64,000 bases of DNA, taken from the NCBI GenBank assembly GCA_023150835.1, contig JAKLKB010000007.1, positions 1-64,000 on the forward strand, written 5' to 3'. The notes beneath the pieces were generated by a model. That model had not been told where the DNA came from, searched no databases, and saw only the letters and a list, made by a program, of their open reading frames with translations. The stretch comes from Myxococcota bacterium. Lineage in GTDB: Bacteria > Myxococcota_C > UBA6777. Positions 29,670-40,700 of this stretch are shown here, in pieces; the first letter of the stretch is position 1; each line of letters starts with the position of its first letter. Made by a program: the position numbers and the translations under genes.

Positions 29670-29789
29670 CACCGCGTATCCCCAACAGGCTTCCCATCCT
29701 TCCCTCTCGCTCACAGGTTTGGCGTACAAGATCCGCCTTGCTTCGATGGGCCGATATCTGCCCAAATAAATGGGCCTTTGAGGTTTTTG

Positions 29790-31982
29790 ATGAAGATCGT
29801 ATTCGCGACTAGCTTGGTCGGAAATGACCGTTTGATGCGCGCTGAAGCGCTACTCCGCTTTTGCAAAGAACAAGGACACGAAGTCTTTCTCGTCACGCGC
29901 AATCGTTTCGCCGACGCATGGACACCCTCTATCCTTGAAACCTTTCAGATCGCCATCCCTCGACACTGCCCCCCCGAAGAGATGGCCGCAATGACCCTTG
30001 AAAAAAACCGCGCACTGCTCGGAAGAATGGACTATTTTCGCCCGCTGTGCGCGATCATCGACGGCGAAGACTTTGTAGGAAAAGTCGCACAACGACTGAA
30101 CATCCCGACTGTCTGCATCGATCCCAAACACGCTTTTGAAACCACCCGCCTCAGCATCACACTCCCTCCCTTTGCCCTCGAACAACTCCGCTCCTTGCGC
30201 GAAGAACTCCGTCAACGCAGCTTTGAACCCCGCTGGTTTCTCTTGCCTGTCTTTTTCGATGCCCTACCGATCCGCCCCGAAGTGTTGCTTTGTCAGCCGA
30301 TATCCACCTTCACCGATACCCCAAACACCGACACTTCTGACGAGGGGTGGCTGCTTTTGGTCGGATGGCAAGGCGTTGAAGAAGATGTCCGCCCTTTCCT
30401 TGAGCAGCAGATCCGCGTCCGTGTCCACTACCCTGTCCGCCTCGAAAGACCTCGCGAGATCAAACAAGAAGAATCCCTTGATGGCGAAGGAGCCGCTATG
30501 CGCAGACGGCGCTCAGCCCCCCTCTCCCGCTCTCCCGAAGAAGAAGCCGCTGCCGCACGCGCCATGCTCCCCAACTCCGATGCCTATGTTTCTTATTCCG
30601 TCGCCAACGCCGAAGCTTGGCAACAAGATCTCCCCCGCGCCAAAGCCGTGATCCTGCAAGGCGATGCTTCTCAACTTGCCGATGCCATCGCTCTACAAAA
30701 ACCCACCCTCGTCATCCCACAAAAAGATCACTTCGAACAATGGGTTTGCGGCCAATACATCGAAAAAATGGGCGTCGGTGAAACACACACCAAACTCAAT
30801 CGCACCGCCCTCGACGGCTTCCTCGAACGGCTCGACCGCTACAAAGACAAATTACATCAACTCCCCCCAAGCAAATCTCCCAAGATCACCCACGCCCTCC
30901 AAGAGATCTTGACCACCCTCCAATCCGAAGCCACCGCACAACCCCGCCAATCCGAACGCTTCCCCTCTTCGCAACGAAACCGACCCACAACCCGAACCAA
31001 CACATCCCCCACCACACACACAGACGGCTCCCCACCAGAACGCCGCACACCTCGACAAGACGGCGATTCACCGAAACCTCGGACCTTCCGCCAAGATGGC
31101 GATGCCCCGAGACCTCGGACCTTCCGCCAAGATGGTGATGCTCCAAGACCTCGGACCTTCCGCCAAGATGGTGATGCTCCAAGACCTCGTTCTCCCCGCC
31201 CTGATGGTGATGCTCCGAGACCTCGGACCTTCCGCCAAGATGGTGATGCTCCAAGACCTCGGACCTTCCGCCAAGATGGTGATGCTCCGAGACCTCGGAC
31301 CTTCCGCCAAGATGGTGATGCTCCGAGACCTCGGACCTTCCGACAAGATGGTGATGCTCCGAGACCTCGGACCTTCCGACAAGATGGTGATGCTCCAAGA
31401 CCTCGTTTCTCCAATAGAGAGAACGCCCCACGCCCACGGGCTGAGGAAGGGCGGCGCCCCGCATCTTCGGAACGCGGAGAACGCGCAGGCTCCATCGAGG
31501 TGTGGCGTCCTCCCTCGAAACAAGCCGACGAAACGCATTCCACAAACCAACCCCAGACAGCAGGTGGCGAACGGCTGCCACGCCGCAAAAACACCGAAGG
31601 TTCGGGCGAACAAAAGCCTTGGCGCAAAAACACCGAAGGTTCGAGCGAACAAAAGCCTTGGCGCAAAAACACCGAAGGTTCGAGCGAACAAAAGCCTTGG
31701 CGCAAAAACACCGAAGGTTCGGGCGAACAAAAGCCTTGGCGCAAAAACACCGAAGGTTCGGGCGAACAAAAGCCTTGGCGTAAAAACACCGAAGGTTCGG
31801 GCGAACAAAAGCCTTGGCGTAAAAACATCGAAGGTTCGGGTGAACGAAAGCCTTGGCGTAAAAACACCGAAGGTTCGGGTGAACGAAAGCCTTGGCGTAA
31901 AAACACCGAACCAAAAGAAACAAGCGAACGAGGAGCACCCAAACCCAAACCTCCGAAACGTACCCTCCCGCGAGACGAATAG
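29790..31982 (+). CDS. GT-B glycosyltransferase-like protein (MJ1255/VC2487-like) with long repetitive C-terminal tail
   Basis: MKIVF..GNDRLMRA..GHEVFLV and ADAIALQKPTLVIPQKDHFEQWVCGQYIEKMGVG. Confidence 0.75.
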   Translation: MKIVFATSLVGNDRLMRAEALLRFCKEQGHEVFLVTRNRFADAWTPSILETFQIAIPRHCPPEEMAAMTLEKNRALLGRMDYFRPLCAIIDGEDFVGKVAQRLNIPTVCIDPKHAFETTRLSITLPPFALEQLRSLREELRQRSFEPRWFLLPVFFDALPIRPEVLLCQPISTFTDTPNTDTSDEGWLLLVGWQGVEEDVRPFLEQQIRVRVHYPVRLERPREIKQEESLDGEGAAMRRRRSAPLSRSPEEEAAAARAMLPNSDAYVSYSVANAEAWQQDLPRAKAVILQGDASQLADAIALQKPTLVIPQKDHFEQWVCGQYIEKMGVGETHTKLNRTALDGFLERLDRYKDKLHQLPPSKSPKITHALQEILTTLQSEATAQPRQSERFPSSQRNRPTTRTNTSPTTHTDGSPPERRTPRQDGDSPKPRTFRQDGDAPRPRTFRQDGDAPRPRTFRQDGDAPRPRSPRPDGDAPRPRTFRQDGDAPRPRTFRQDGDAPRPRTFRQDGDAPRPRTFRQDGDAPRPRTFRQDGDAPRPRFSNRENAPRPRAEEGRRPASSERGERAGSIEVWRPPSKQADETHSTNQPQTAGGERLPRRKNTEGSGEQKPWRKNTEGSSEQKPWRKNTEGSSEQKPWRKNTEGSGEQKPWRKNTEGSGEQKPWRKNTEGSGEQKPWRKNIEGSGERKPWRKNTEGSGERKPWRKNTEPKETSERGAPKPKPPKRTLPRDE
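31045..31404 (+). repeat. 36-bp in-frame repeat (RTFRQDGDAPRP x10)
   Basis: Ten DGD units counted in the translation. Confidence 0.95.
31584..31910 (+). repeat. 39-bp in-frame repeat (RKNTEGSGEQKPW x8 plus a partial)
   Basis: Counted in the translation and the DNA. Confidence 0.95.
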
Positions 31983-32092
31983 GCCGAAGAAGCAAAACAC
32001 GACAACCCAACAAGGGCGCTGTCTATGGCCCGATGTTGGCGGCCCACCATCGAACCTCGCATCGAAATAAACCAACAGAAAGGTCAAGTATC

Positions 32093-33031
32093 ATGGCATC
32101 CAATATCATCGAGGTTGTGCCGCTGCGCTACGATGTTGCTTTTAAAAAAGCGTTTGGGCAGGTCGATGTCTTCAATGCTTTTGTGCGCGATGTTTTGGGG
32201 ATCGAGTTCGAGGTGGATGAAGTGATCCAAGAACACAGCTACCACGAACAGATCGGGCGCGTGAAGATCAAGTACGACCTCTTCGCCGAGGATGAAGAGC
32301 GTCGCATTATTGTTGAGATCCAACACGCCTATGAGTCTGATTTTTTCGACCGATTTCTTTACTACCACCTGCTTGGCATGATCGAACAAGTTCACAACTT
32401 TCACGACTACCGCTTCCAAAAAACCGTCTATACGATCGTCATGTTGACTTCCATGCCCAAAGATACCGAGCGTCTCTTTGCCTCTCTGAATGTTAACTTC
32501 GATTGCCGCGATGAATCCGATCAAATCCACAACCTTTTTCCTCACCGCCTGATCTTTATCAACCCCAATCTGCTCAACGAACAGATCTCCCCACAGCTTC
32601 GCCTCTGGCTACAAGCTGTTCAAGACTCCCTTGATGCAAAGGTCAACCTCAACGATTACAAAAAACACCCTCTTCTCAAAAAAGCCCTTCTTTCGGTTCA
32701 AAAGCAATCCATGACCCCCGAGGAACTCGCCAAACTCAAAGATGAATCCGCTTGGGAACGCACCAAACGCGAAAGCCGTCAAGAAGGACGCGAAGAAGGT
32801 ATTCAACAAGGCATCCAACAAGGCATCCAACAAGGCATCCAACAAGGCATCCAACAAGGCATCCAACAAGGCATCCAACAAACCCGCGAAACGACCGCCA
32901 CAAAGCTGCTCGCCCAAGGTATCACACACGAGATCATCGCAACCGCCACAGGCCTCTCCCTCGAAGAGATCGCTTCCCTCGATTCCACCCACACGCCAAC
33001 CAAGTCACCCACACGAAAGAAAAAGTCATAG
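32093..33031 (+). CDS. Rpn-like PD-(D/E)XK nuclease (PDDEXK_2, often annotated as putative transposase)
   Basis: DVAFKKAFG, YDLFAED..IIVEIQ and DRFLYY. The C-terminus has EGREEG(IQQG)n and EIIATATGLSLEEI. Confidence 0.88.
   Translation: MASNIIEVVPLRYDVAFKKAFGQVDVFNAFVRDVLGIEFEVDEVIQEHSYHEQIGRVKIKYDLFAEDEERRIIVEIQHAYESDFFDRFLYYHLLGMIEQVHNFHDYRFQKTVYTIVMLTSMPKDTERLFASLNVNFDCRDESDQIHNLFPHRLIFINPNLLNEQISPQLRLWLQAVQDSLDAKVNLNDYKKHPLLKKALLSVQKQSMTPEELAKLKDESAWERTKRESRQEGREEGIQQGIQQGIQQGIQQGIQQGIQQGIQQTRETTATKLLAQGITHEIIATATGLSLEEIASLDSTHTPTKSPTRKKKS
32805..32881 (+). repeat. 12-bp repeat (QQGI x6 or more) in the Rpn-like gene
   Basis: caacaaggcatc in tandem. Confidence 0.9.
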
Positions 33032-33202
33032 TATCCTATTGGGCGCGCACCCAGCGGGGTTTCACCGCCCGCGCAAACCTCGTATCACCCCAACAACGAT
33101 GGGCGGCCTTTTTTTGAGATGCCCCGAACCGAGCGGGGGGATGATGCGTTGGGGGGACGTATCAAAGAGCCAGACACCTCACAGATTTGGAGGCCATTCG
33201 CG

Positions 33203-34414
33203 ATGAAGCAGGAACATTCGATAGAGATCAGCAGGGTGCAAGATCAAGAAGAGTTGAAGGGGTTGGCGGATGCCTTGCGCCGATCGCTGTGGTTTCCGCG
33301 ATTGGAAGACGATGACTGGACGGTGCGCGAAGGCGTGGAGCGATTGCGGATCGCTCGATTAGACGGAGAAGTTGTGGGGGGGCTTTCGTGCCACCTGATG
33401 GGGCAGTGGTTTGGAGGCCGAAGCGTACCGATGGGAGCGATCCGAGCTGTGGGGATTCGTCCAGATGCGCGGATGTACGGGGTTGCACACACCATGTTGA
33501 CATCCAACCTCACAGAGCTACGAGAAGCAGGCATCCCGTTGGCTTCGTTGTATCCCGCCACACAGCGGTTGTATCGCTCTGTCGGTTATGGGAGTGCAGG
33601 GACGATGGTTTGGTACAGACAGCCGATCTCTGAGCTACATCCGACAACACGAACAGAGCTGCGCGTACGAGGATTGTCTGGTTCGATGGAGATGCTGCGC
33701 GAGGTCTTGGAACCGTTATATCGCGCTCGGGCAGAGCGGACCAACGGGCATTTGGAGCGCAGCGATTGGATGTGGGATCGTTGCTTTTTGAAGCCGGGGG
33801 GAAAACAACCCCGCGATGTCTATGTCGTCGATCGCGATGGAAAAGCCGAAGGATACGTCATCTGCGATCACGAGCGGATCCCAGATCAATTTCGAGGACG
33901 CTTGGAGATCCGTGATTGGCAAGCCACGACGCCCGAAGCGATGCGTCAGCTCTGGTGCTTTGTGGCCGATCATCGCTCGCACATGGAATTTGTGCGATGG
34001 CACGGGCCACGCGCAGAGCCGATGTTGGCGATGCTCGATCAACACCAATGGGAGATCGATGTTTCCTTGACATGGATGACGCGGATCGTCGATGTGGTAG
34101 AAGCCTTGCGCAAGCGCGGTTATTCTCCTGCTCTCTCGACGCAAGTCAGCCTGCGCGTCGAAGATCCTTGCTTGCCTTGGAATCGCGGATGTTGGCGGCT
34201 AGTCGTCGAAAACGGCCTAGCCAACGTCACAGAAACCACTCCCGACTCCAAAACCGCCACGCTCCAAGTCCAAGGACTGTCCTCGTTATACACAGGCTAT
34301 CTTTCACCCTATTCACTCGAACAGATGGGCCTCTTGCAAGGTCCATCCGATACCTTGGCAGAGTTGGCGCTCTTGTTTGCAGGTGGAGAACCTTGGATGC
34401 CTGATATGTTCTAA
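33203..34414 (+). CDS. Eis-like GNAT acetyltransferase
   Basis: QWFGGRSVPMGAIRAVGIRPDARMYGVA and ASLYPATQRLYRSVGY, with a C-terminal SCP2-like MTRIVDV..ALRKRGY..LYTGY. GGAGG SD site. Confidence 0.9.
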   Translation: MKQEHSIEISRVQDQEELKGLADALRRSLWFPRLEDDDWTVREGVERLRIARLDGEVVGGLSCHLMGQWFGGRSVPMGAIRAVGIRPDARMYGVAHTMLTSNLTELREAGIPLASLYPATQRLYRSVGYGSAGTMVWYRQPISELHPTTRTELRVRGLSGSMEMLREVLEPLYRARAERTNGHLERSDWMWDRCFLKPGGKQPRDVYVVDRDGKAEGYVICDHERIPDQFRGRLEIRDWQATTPEAMRQLWCFVADHRSHMEFVRWHGPRAEPMLAMLDQHQWEIDVSLTWMTRIVDVVEALRKRGYSPALSTQVSLRVEDPCLPWNRGCWRLVVENGLANVTETTPDSKTATLQVQGLSSLYTGYLSPYSLEQMGLLQGPSDTLAELALLFAGGEPWMPDMF

Positions 34415-34466
34415 GCCATCCCGACAAGTCTTTGCTCTTTGCTTGCGGCCTTCGTTGAAGACCTTA

Positions 34467-34578
34467 TACAAAATCCGCTCATCGTGTGATCGCAACACGT
34501 AGGGGCAGACAGGTGTGGCTGCCCAAGAACAGGGCGTCTACGCACGACCCTTCAACCACACATCTTGCGGATATCGTA
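34467..34578. mobile_element. ~112 bp palindromic REP/MITE-like element, copy D
   Basis: TACAAAATCCG..GTAGGGGCAGACAGGTGTGGCTGCCC..CGGATATCGTA. Confidence 0.88.
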
Positions 34579-34762
34579 TTACACGCCACCTGAGCGCGTG
34601 GCATCCCCAAAGCCATCGCAACAAGTGGGATTTCCTTTCTGGATCTTTTCGGCTCGATCCGCTATAACCCTTGGCCGTCCGCTCGAAGCACGCAGGAACA
34701 GCAAACGTGCGGAGCAAACGTTTCAAAAAACAAGTTTTTTCCATAAAAGAAAGGCATTTGAG

Positions 34763-35197
34763 ATGAGAACATGGCTCTTGTTTGTTAGCGGTTTTTTCTT
34801 TGCGTGCGTCTCTTTGGTCGCCTGTGGTCCGATCACACCCCAAGCTGCGTGCGAACGCGGCTTGCAAGCCAACTGCACTTACATTCATCGTTGTGCCACC
34901 GCAGAACAAAAACAAAGCAGTCACTTTGAGAAGCTTTTTGGAGCCGATGTTGCGGCCTGTGTCCGCATTCGCCAAGAAGGTGCCACTTCGACCCAAGGAG
35001 GCGTCACCCTCAGCATCGAACCCGCCAAATGCAGCGAAAAAACCGAACAAACATACTGCAAGGATGCAAAGACGCCGATCTATCATCCAGAATTTGTGGC
35101 ACAATGTCATTCCGATTTTGAGACGCAAGCTTGCCCACCAAACCTACTCTTGCCGCCCACTCCCGCCAGTTGCGAAAAAGTTTGCCAAGCCACCTGA
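34763..35197 (+). CDS. Small Cys-rich lipoprotein
   Basis: Lipobox LVAC and multiple Cys in the mature part. Confidence 0.8.
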   Translation: MRTWLLFVSGFFFACVSLVACGPITPQAACERGLQANCTYIHRCATAEQKQSSHFEKLFGADVAACVRIRQEGATSTQGGVTLSIEPAKCSEKTEQTYCKDAKTPIYHPEFVAQCHSDFETQACPPNLLLPPTPASCEKVCQAT

Positions 35198-35386
35198 TCA
35201 TCCAAGGAAGAACGATGCCCCCCACAACAGCATCCGCCCATCCCAAACAGATCGAGTCCGATCCCATCGCCTCTTGGTGCATTCTGCCTTGTGCGGTTGT
35301 TTTTTTTGATGACAACCCTCAAAAACCGACGTAAACAAAGGGGCATCTTTGCCCCCAAGCAGCGCAGCCAAAGGAGGCCCCCGCGT

Positions 35387-36688
35387 ATGTTAGATCTGCA
35401 TTATATCTTGTCGAATCTCGAAGAGATCCGTGAAAATAACCAACAGCGCAAAGTCCAAGTCGATATGGATCGTTTCGTCGCACTCGCCGAAGAACGCCGC
35501 TTCTTGATCCAAGACGTCGAAGACAAGCGAAGCCGCCGCAACGAAGTGTCCCGCTTGATGAAGGACAAGATCTCCCAAGAACAACGGCAAGCCTTGATCG
35601 AAGAAGGCCGTCAACTCAAAGACGACCTCGAAAACCTCGAGATACGGATGAAACAGGCGCAAGATGATCTTCACGCGCTCCAGCTTCAAATCCCCAACCT
35701 GACCCATCCTGAAGCCCCACGCGGACACACCGACGAAGACAACAAAGAAGTCAAACGTTGGGGTACACCCACCCGTTTTGATTTCACCCCCAAAGATCAC
35801 GTCGAGATCGCCGAAGCCTTGGGCTTGATCGACTGGGAACAAGCCTCGAAAGTGACAGGCTCCAAGTTTTACTTTTTGCGTGGCGATGCGGTTTGGCTAG
35901 AGCTTGCGCTACAACAGTACGCCCTGCGCATCCTCGAACAAGAAGGATTCCAACTGTTCACGACGCCCGATCTCGCTCGCCGCGATATCCTCGAAGGCAT
36001 CGGCTTTAACCCACGCGGCGAAGGCACGCAGATCTATTCGATCGAAAACACAGACCTTTGTCTGATCGCCACCGCCGAGATCACACTCGGCGGATTCCAC
36101 CAAGACCAGATCCTCGAAGAGACCAGCGCCCCCATCCTTTGTGCAGGTCTGTCCCACTGCTTTCGCACCGAAGCAGGTGCGCCCGGGCGCGCCTCGCGTG
36201 GGCTATACCGCGTTCACCAGTTCTCCAAAGTCGAGATGTTCGCCTTTACCACCCCCGAACAATCCAACGCCACCCTCGAACGCTTTCTCGCCATCGAAGA
36301 ACGCATCTTCCAAGGACTGGGCATCCCCTATCGTGTGGTCGACTGCTGCACGGGTGATCTCGGCGGCCAAGCCTACCGCAAATACGATATCGAAGCATGG
36401 ATGCCGGGGCGCGGTGAAGGCGGATCTTACGGCGAAGTGACGAGTGCCTCCAATTGCACAGACTATCAAGCCCGCCGCCTGATGATCCGCTATCGCAAAG
36501 AAGGCGAGAAAAAACCGCTCTTTATGCACACGCTCAACGGCACGGCGATCGCCGCCAGCCGTGGGATCATCGCCGTCCTCGAAAACTATCAACAAGCCGA
36601 TGGCAGCGTCGTGATCCCCGAAGCCCTCCGCCCCTTCGTTGGAAAAGATATCCTCCGCCCCAAAACAGCCCCCTCTTCCGCCGCTTAA
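35387..36688 (+). CDS. serS: Serine--tRNA ligase
   Basis: Motifs MLD, IPNLTHP, LIATAE, CFRTEAG, GLYRVHQFSKVE, SASNCTDYQARR and HTLNGT. AGGAGG SD site. Confidence 0.98.
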   Translation: MLDLHYILSNLEEIRENNQQRKVQVDMDRFVALAEERRFLIQDVEDKRSRRNEVSRLMKDKISQEQRQALIEEGRQLKDDLENLEIRMKQAQDDLHALQLQIPNLTHPEAPRGHTDEDNKEVKRWGTPTRFDFTPKDHVEIAEALGLIDWEQASKVTGSKFYFLRGDAVWLELALQQYALRILEQEGFQLFTTPDLARRDILEGIGFNPRGEGTQIYSIENTDLCLIATAEITLGGFHQDQILEETSAPILCAGLSHCFRTEAGAPGRASRGLYRVHQFSKVEMFAFTTPEQSNATLERFLAIEERIFQGLGIPYRVVDCCTGDLGGQAYRKYDIEAWMPGRGEGGSYGEVTSASNCTDYQARRLMIRYRKEGEKKPLFMHTLNGTAIAASRGIIAVLENYQQADGSVVIPEALRPFVGKDILRPKTAPSSAA

Positions 36689-36708
36689 ACGCTCTCCATC
36701 GAACTTTT

Positions 36709-37791
36709 TTACGGGCGCAAAAACACCATCGCAGGGAAGCCCAAGACAAACAACGCCATACAAAAAAACATCATACCACGAAACCAAACGCCCCATCCTT
36801 CGAGGCTTTGCGTGTCGTATAGACGTTCAAACACCAACAACGCACCGTACAACAAGCCCTGCGCAACGAACCATCCCAAAACGGGCATCATCTCCATCGA
36901 GGCCCCTTGACGGATCGCAGAGCGCCGCACGATCTCCCACGCCCACAACGCACACAAACACGCCCAAGGAACCGATGTCGCAAACAAAGCCGCATCAAGG
37001 CTCCAAGCCTGAAACAACCGCTGCTCTCGAATCATCCGCACACTACGCCACAGCATCCGCCCCCCCAAAACCGCCCACGCCCCCAACAACCCCCACCACG
37101 CAAGGCGTTGTCCGACCTGCAAAGCCCCTGCACGCTCCACCCAAAGCCCCACGAAACCCAACCCCAGCCCCAACCACCAAGCGATCTGGAACGAAGAACG
37201 AAAAGCCCATTCTCCCCGCAGATAGCGCAAGATCACACCACACCACACCACAAACACACCGCCCAATCCCAACAGCCACCCGCCCGAGGCTCCCCAAAGC
37301 TTCCAGACTTCGCGAGGCCCAGCCCACCATGTGACGCCACCCGCGACCATCACCCCCACCCCAAACCACCACGCTCGACGGCGAAAGATCCACACCGAGA
37401 TCGCCACCGCCACCCACAACAACACAGCACTCCCCCTCCATCGCTCGTTCCCCACGACCGCGACCTTCTGGCCCCACGCCAACGGCCACAAACACACACC
37501 CAACCAAGGCAACAACCACAGCGCACGACGCGCATCCCGCCATTGTGACAAGGCATCTTCTGCCGAAACAACAGGCACTGACATCTCAAAAACAGGTGCT
37601 TCTTCCCAAAAAGCCCCCCATGCTTCGGCCACAAGCAACAGCGCCCCCCCCCACAGCGGCAACCATAACAGCCAACTCAAACGCTCCGATGGGGACGGAA
37701 ATCCCACCGCGACGCCCCCGCCCCCCAAAACAACCAACGTCCACAACACCACACTCCACCCCACCGCACGCGGCATCGGGTGCCTTGTCAT
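36709..37791 (-). CDS. Multi-pass Trp/Gly-rich membrane protein, hypothetical
   Basis: Many hydrophobic segments. The ATG overlaps the kinase TGA (ATGA at 37788-37791). Confidence 0.7.
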   Translation of the reverse strand: MTRHPMPRAVGWSVVLWTLVVLGGGGVAVGFPSPSERLSWLLWLPLWGGALLLVAEAWGAFWEEAPVFEMSVPVVSAEDALSQWRDARRALWLLPWLGVCLWPLAWGQKVAVVGNERWRGSAVLLWVAVAISVWIFRRRAWWFGVGVMVAGGVTWWAGPREVWKLWGASGGWLLGLGGVFVVWCGVILRYLRGEWAFRSSFQIAWWLGLGLGFVGLWVERAGALQVGQRLAWWGLLGAWAVLGGRMLWRSVRMIREQRLFQAWSLDAALFATSVPWACLCALWAWEIVRRSAIRQGASMEMMPVLGWFVAQGLLYGALLVFERLYDTQSLEGWGVWFRGMMFFCMALFVLGFPAMVFLRP

Positions 37792-40700
37792 CTTGCTTCG
37801 TCCTCCAAAAACCACTGTAATCCTGAAAAACGCAAAGCAGGCCACAAGATCGGTAGCGCTTCAGCCGCTTGTTGCCAGCTTTCTCGCGAACGGATCTCAC
37901 AAGCCCGCAGCGCGTTGTGCAAACCTTTTTGCAAGCCTTTCCATTGATCTTCGAGACGTAAAGCGTACAGGCAGCCCATCCACAGTAGGTAATACACAAG
38001 GCTCGTCCATTCGGCTTCAAGCTGCGGATTGTGTTCTTGCATCAACGAAGGGATCATGTTGATCAAAAGCTCTTGTTCCCCAAGGGCCGACCAATGCGTC
38101 AGCATCTCACGAAGCACGCGCAGACTTTGCTCTAGCGCATCGGGCAACCGAAGTTGGATCGCGTATTCGACAGCCTTGAATTGCCAATAAAAGGCTTCTT
38201 TGGGGGCCGCTCCCTGTGAACAAAGCATCGCCACCACAGGAGCGATCGCGACAAGCTCCCGATATCCGCGAGATTGCAACATGGCTTGCGCAGCACGAAG
38301 CGCAAAAGGCGATTGTTCCTGCACAGACAAGGCTGATCGTGCGATATCCCGCAGTATCGGGAAAGAAAAAGCATAGCGTTCATCGTCTCCCCACGAACGC
38401 AACTGGAAAAAACGCAAGCGCAACAACTGATTGATCAGATCCAAGGTTTCAGTACGTTCCGATGCACACACCGCTTGGATCTCTTCGACAGAGAAAGGCT
38501 CGACCAAAAAGGCACAGCCACGCACAGGAACGATCAATTGCGGTGGCAACATCGCCATCCGACTCTCAAGCAACGGACGAATCGCAAGATCCGACGAAGA
38601 AAGTGTGTCCACCCCGTTGGCATCGGCAACCCGCATGAGTGGCTTCGCAGGGCTGTTTCTCCCCAGAGGATGGGGTTTTGCGTAATGGGAGAGGTCGGAT
38701 GAAGTTTGTTGCGTGTGCGTGTAAGTGTTCGTCGGAGACAGCACAGGAGCGTCGACTTCGGTGGTGGCGGGGTATCGGCGAAGATGGGGCGGTGGAGAAG
38801 AAAGCTTGTGTTGGGCCGAGAACGGGGCGGGGCTTTCTTGCAAGAAAGGTTGTTCGCTGGTATCCGCAAATCCCTCCGCACGAGAGGACTCTGCGTGCGA
38901 TGACGAAGCAAATACCGCACGTTGTGAAAGGTTCGATGAAGCCGATGTTTGCGATGACGAAGCAAATACCGCACGTTGCGAAAGGTTCGATGAAGCCGAT
39001 GTTTGCGATGACGAAGCAAATACCGCACGTTGTGGTGGTGGCGATGGGATCGACGTTTGTGATGGCGCAACAAACACCGAATGTTGTGGAGCGGGTGATG
39101 CGGTAGAGGGCGCAACCAAGGGGTTCTCCGAAGGATAGGGAGAAAGGGCATTCACGCCTGTTTGATCGCCTTCTTCATCCTCTTCCAAGGCGAGTTCCTG
39201 CCCGATGCCTTGTTCTGGCTTGTGTTGAGTGGCTTCCCGCCAAGCGATCTCTGCTCGCAGAGCTTCCAACATCGGCATCTTGGACATCACCATCGTCTGC
39301 TCAGAAGACGCCGCATCGACGGCATGTTGTTGTGTACGCGCCAACAAAGCCTGCCCGACGGGGCTTGCGGGATGGATGCCTCCTCCAGAAACGAGATCCT
39401 GCGACCACACACCGAGTCCACCCGAAGGGACATCACGCTGTGATGTACCCAGTCCACCCGAAGGGACATCACGCTGTGATGTACCCAGTCCACCCGAAGG
39501 GACATCGCGCTGTGATGTACCCAGTCCACCCGAAGGGACATCGCGCTGTGATGTACCCAGTCCACCCGAAGGGAGATCACGACGCTGCGCTGAAAGTCCT
39601 TTTGAAGCGGCATCTTTCGGATCTTCGATCTCCAGATCCAGTTCCAATTCCTCGATCTCTCCGGGCTGAAAGAACAAGGGCGGCAAGCTCATCGAAGGTT
39701 TTTGCTGCACAACCACAGCAGGCGAAGAGGACGGTTCACCCGAAACATCCGAAGACTCAGCCCGAACAGAAAACGAAGAGGACGGTTCACCCGAAACATC
39801 CGAAGACTCGGCCCGCGCAGGAGAAGGGAGCCGATCAGTGCTGTCTGGATCGCGATCGTGGCGGTTTGCCTTCCCGTACAGCCCACGCGAAGAAGACGCA
39901 CTATCGACATCCCCTTCGGAGGACAAGACCTTCGCCCTTTTTGTGGGTGGGGACTCGAAAGTTCGCTCTGTCACACGAGGGAGATTGTGTGGTGTCGAAT
40001 CGCTGTTGAGTTCAGAAAGAAGCTCTGCGTCTTCGGCTTGGGAGATCGCAAACAAACCATCTTGCGTGTGGCTTGCTTGTTCTGTAGCCCACGGATTCGG
40101 CTCCATCGTATGACGAGGCTTTTCGCGACGAGCAGACGCCTGCTTCTCGGATCTCGATGACGGCAGAGCCGCAGGATCGGGTGTATGCGACACCGCAGGC
40201 TCCGATCGCATCCCAGCCATCGGCGACGTATCGGCAGCGAATGGCGATTGAAGATCCAAAAGCGTGGCTTTTTCGGCCAACTTTCGGGCAGAAGAGGTCG
40301 CTACGGCAGAAGAGGTCGCTACGGCAGAAGAGGCCGCTGCGGCAGAAGAGGCCGCTGCGGATGCTTTGGTAAAGAGGGGCGGAGCGTTTTGCGAGAAAGA
40401 ATCGACATGAATGGTGGTGAGTTGTGGCCCTGTGACATCCGACTCAAGGGGGGGCAAGCTGGCGACAAGAGAAGAGGATTCGTCGTCTGTGAGCGTGCGC
40501 ACCAAAAGCTTACGGCGGGCATCGGCATCGGAAGTGGAAGTACGGTTGGAAGAGGGCAAGGAAGAGGGGGCGCGCTCAGAAACAGGAGAGAGTGAACGCT
40601 CAGAAACAGGAGAGGGTGAGACCATCTCTTCTTCAAAGAACAGATCAGACAATTGAAGAACTTGTGTTCCTTCGGAGAGAGGAGGTTGTGTGGTGGGCGC

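Noticed and set aside
30857-32087. Long ORFs in alternative frames and strands over the repeats
   Set aside because: They are by-products of stop-free tandem repeats within the GT-like gene.
32093-33031. Active IS transposase
   Set aside because: No terminal inverted repeats or target duplication are seen, and the PDDEXK_2/Rpn family is not a demonstrated transposase.
35200-35386. T-box leader before serS (also before glyQ)
   Set aside because: No T-box sequence (AAGGTGGNACC-like) or terminator/antiterminator is seen.
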